DNA from: Catajapyx aquilonaris
Lineage: Eukaryota
Direction: 5' to 3'
DNA: 20,000 nt
Assembly: GCA_000934665.2 (NCBI GenBank)
Contig: KZ538480.1
Location: 47,618-67,617 of the forward strand
The position numbers were made by a program, and so were the translations under genes. Below the pieces are notes generated by a model that made no database searches, had not been told where the DNA came from, and saw only the letters and a list, made by a program, of their open reading frames with translations. This document shows, piece after piece, positions 19,905 to 20,000 of the stretch. The number at the start of each line of letters is the position of its first letter. Within the stretch, counting starts at the first letter, position 1.

Positions 19905-20000
19905 CTAGCAGGTTACCCGGCGTTGCCCGGGTATGTTTGGGTGCTGGTAAAGGTAGGGGTACATATACAGTATTTTAGGAAGTGTGTTTGTAAAAATTTC
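19905..20000 (-). mobile_element. Helitron 3' terminus (element probably continues beyond window)
   Basis: Minus strand reads ACCCGGGCAACGCCGGGT-AACCTG-CTAG|T: GC-rich hairpin, short spacer, CTAG end, followed by target T. Confidence 0.8.

Overview
Eukaryotic, essentially non-coding DNA, most likely intronic or intergenic sequence from an invertebrate animal. The GTAC-stem U6 fragment and Talua/Lm1-like SINE body suggest an arthropod, but this is inference. No protein-coding gene can be called with confidence: several of the longest ORFs are repeat artefacts, and only three weak splice-bounded exon candidates remain. Well-supported elements are two tRNA-derived SINEs with TSDs, a tailless U6 5' retrocopy with TSD, a short 5'-truncated (AAT)n-tailed retroposon, a hAT MITE (8-bp TSD), a Tc1/mariner MITE (TA TSD), two fold-back palindromes, a Helitron 3' end, a GC-box/CCAAT/TATA/Inr promoter candidate and many micro/minisatellites. 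The most striking property is architectural. About 13 very AT-rich blocks (~10% GC in sampled lines) alternate with ORF-less, CpG-containing GC-richer blocks at roughly 1.5-kb spacing. Most AT blocks carry their own unrelated young minisatellite and host most insertions, while the GC blocks carry YY1/Pho-like motifs and G/C tracts.
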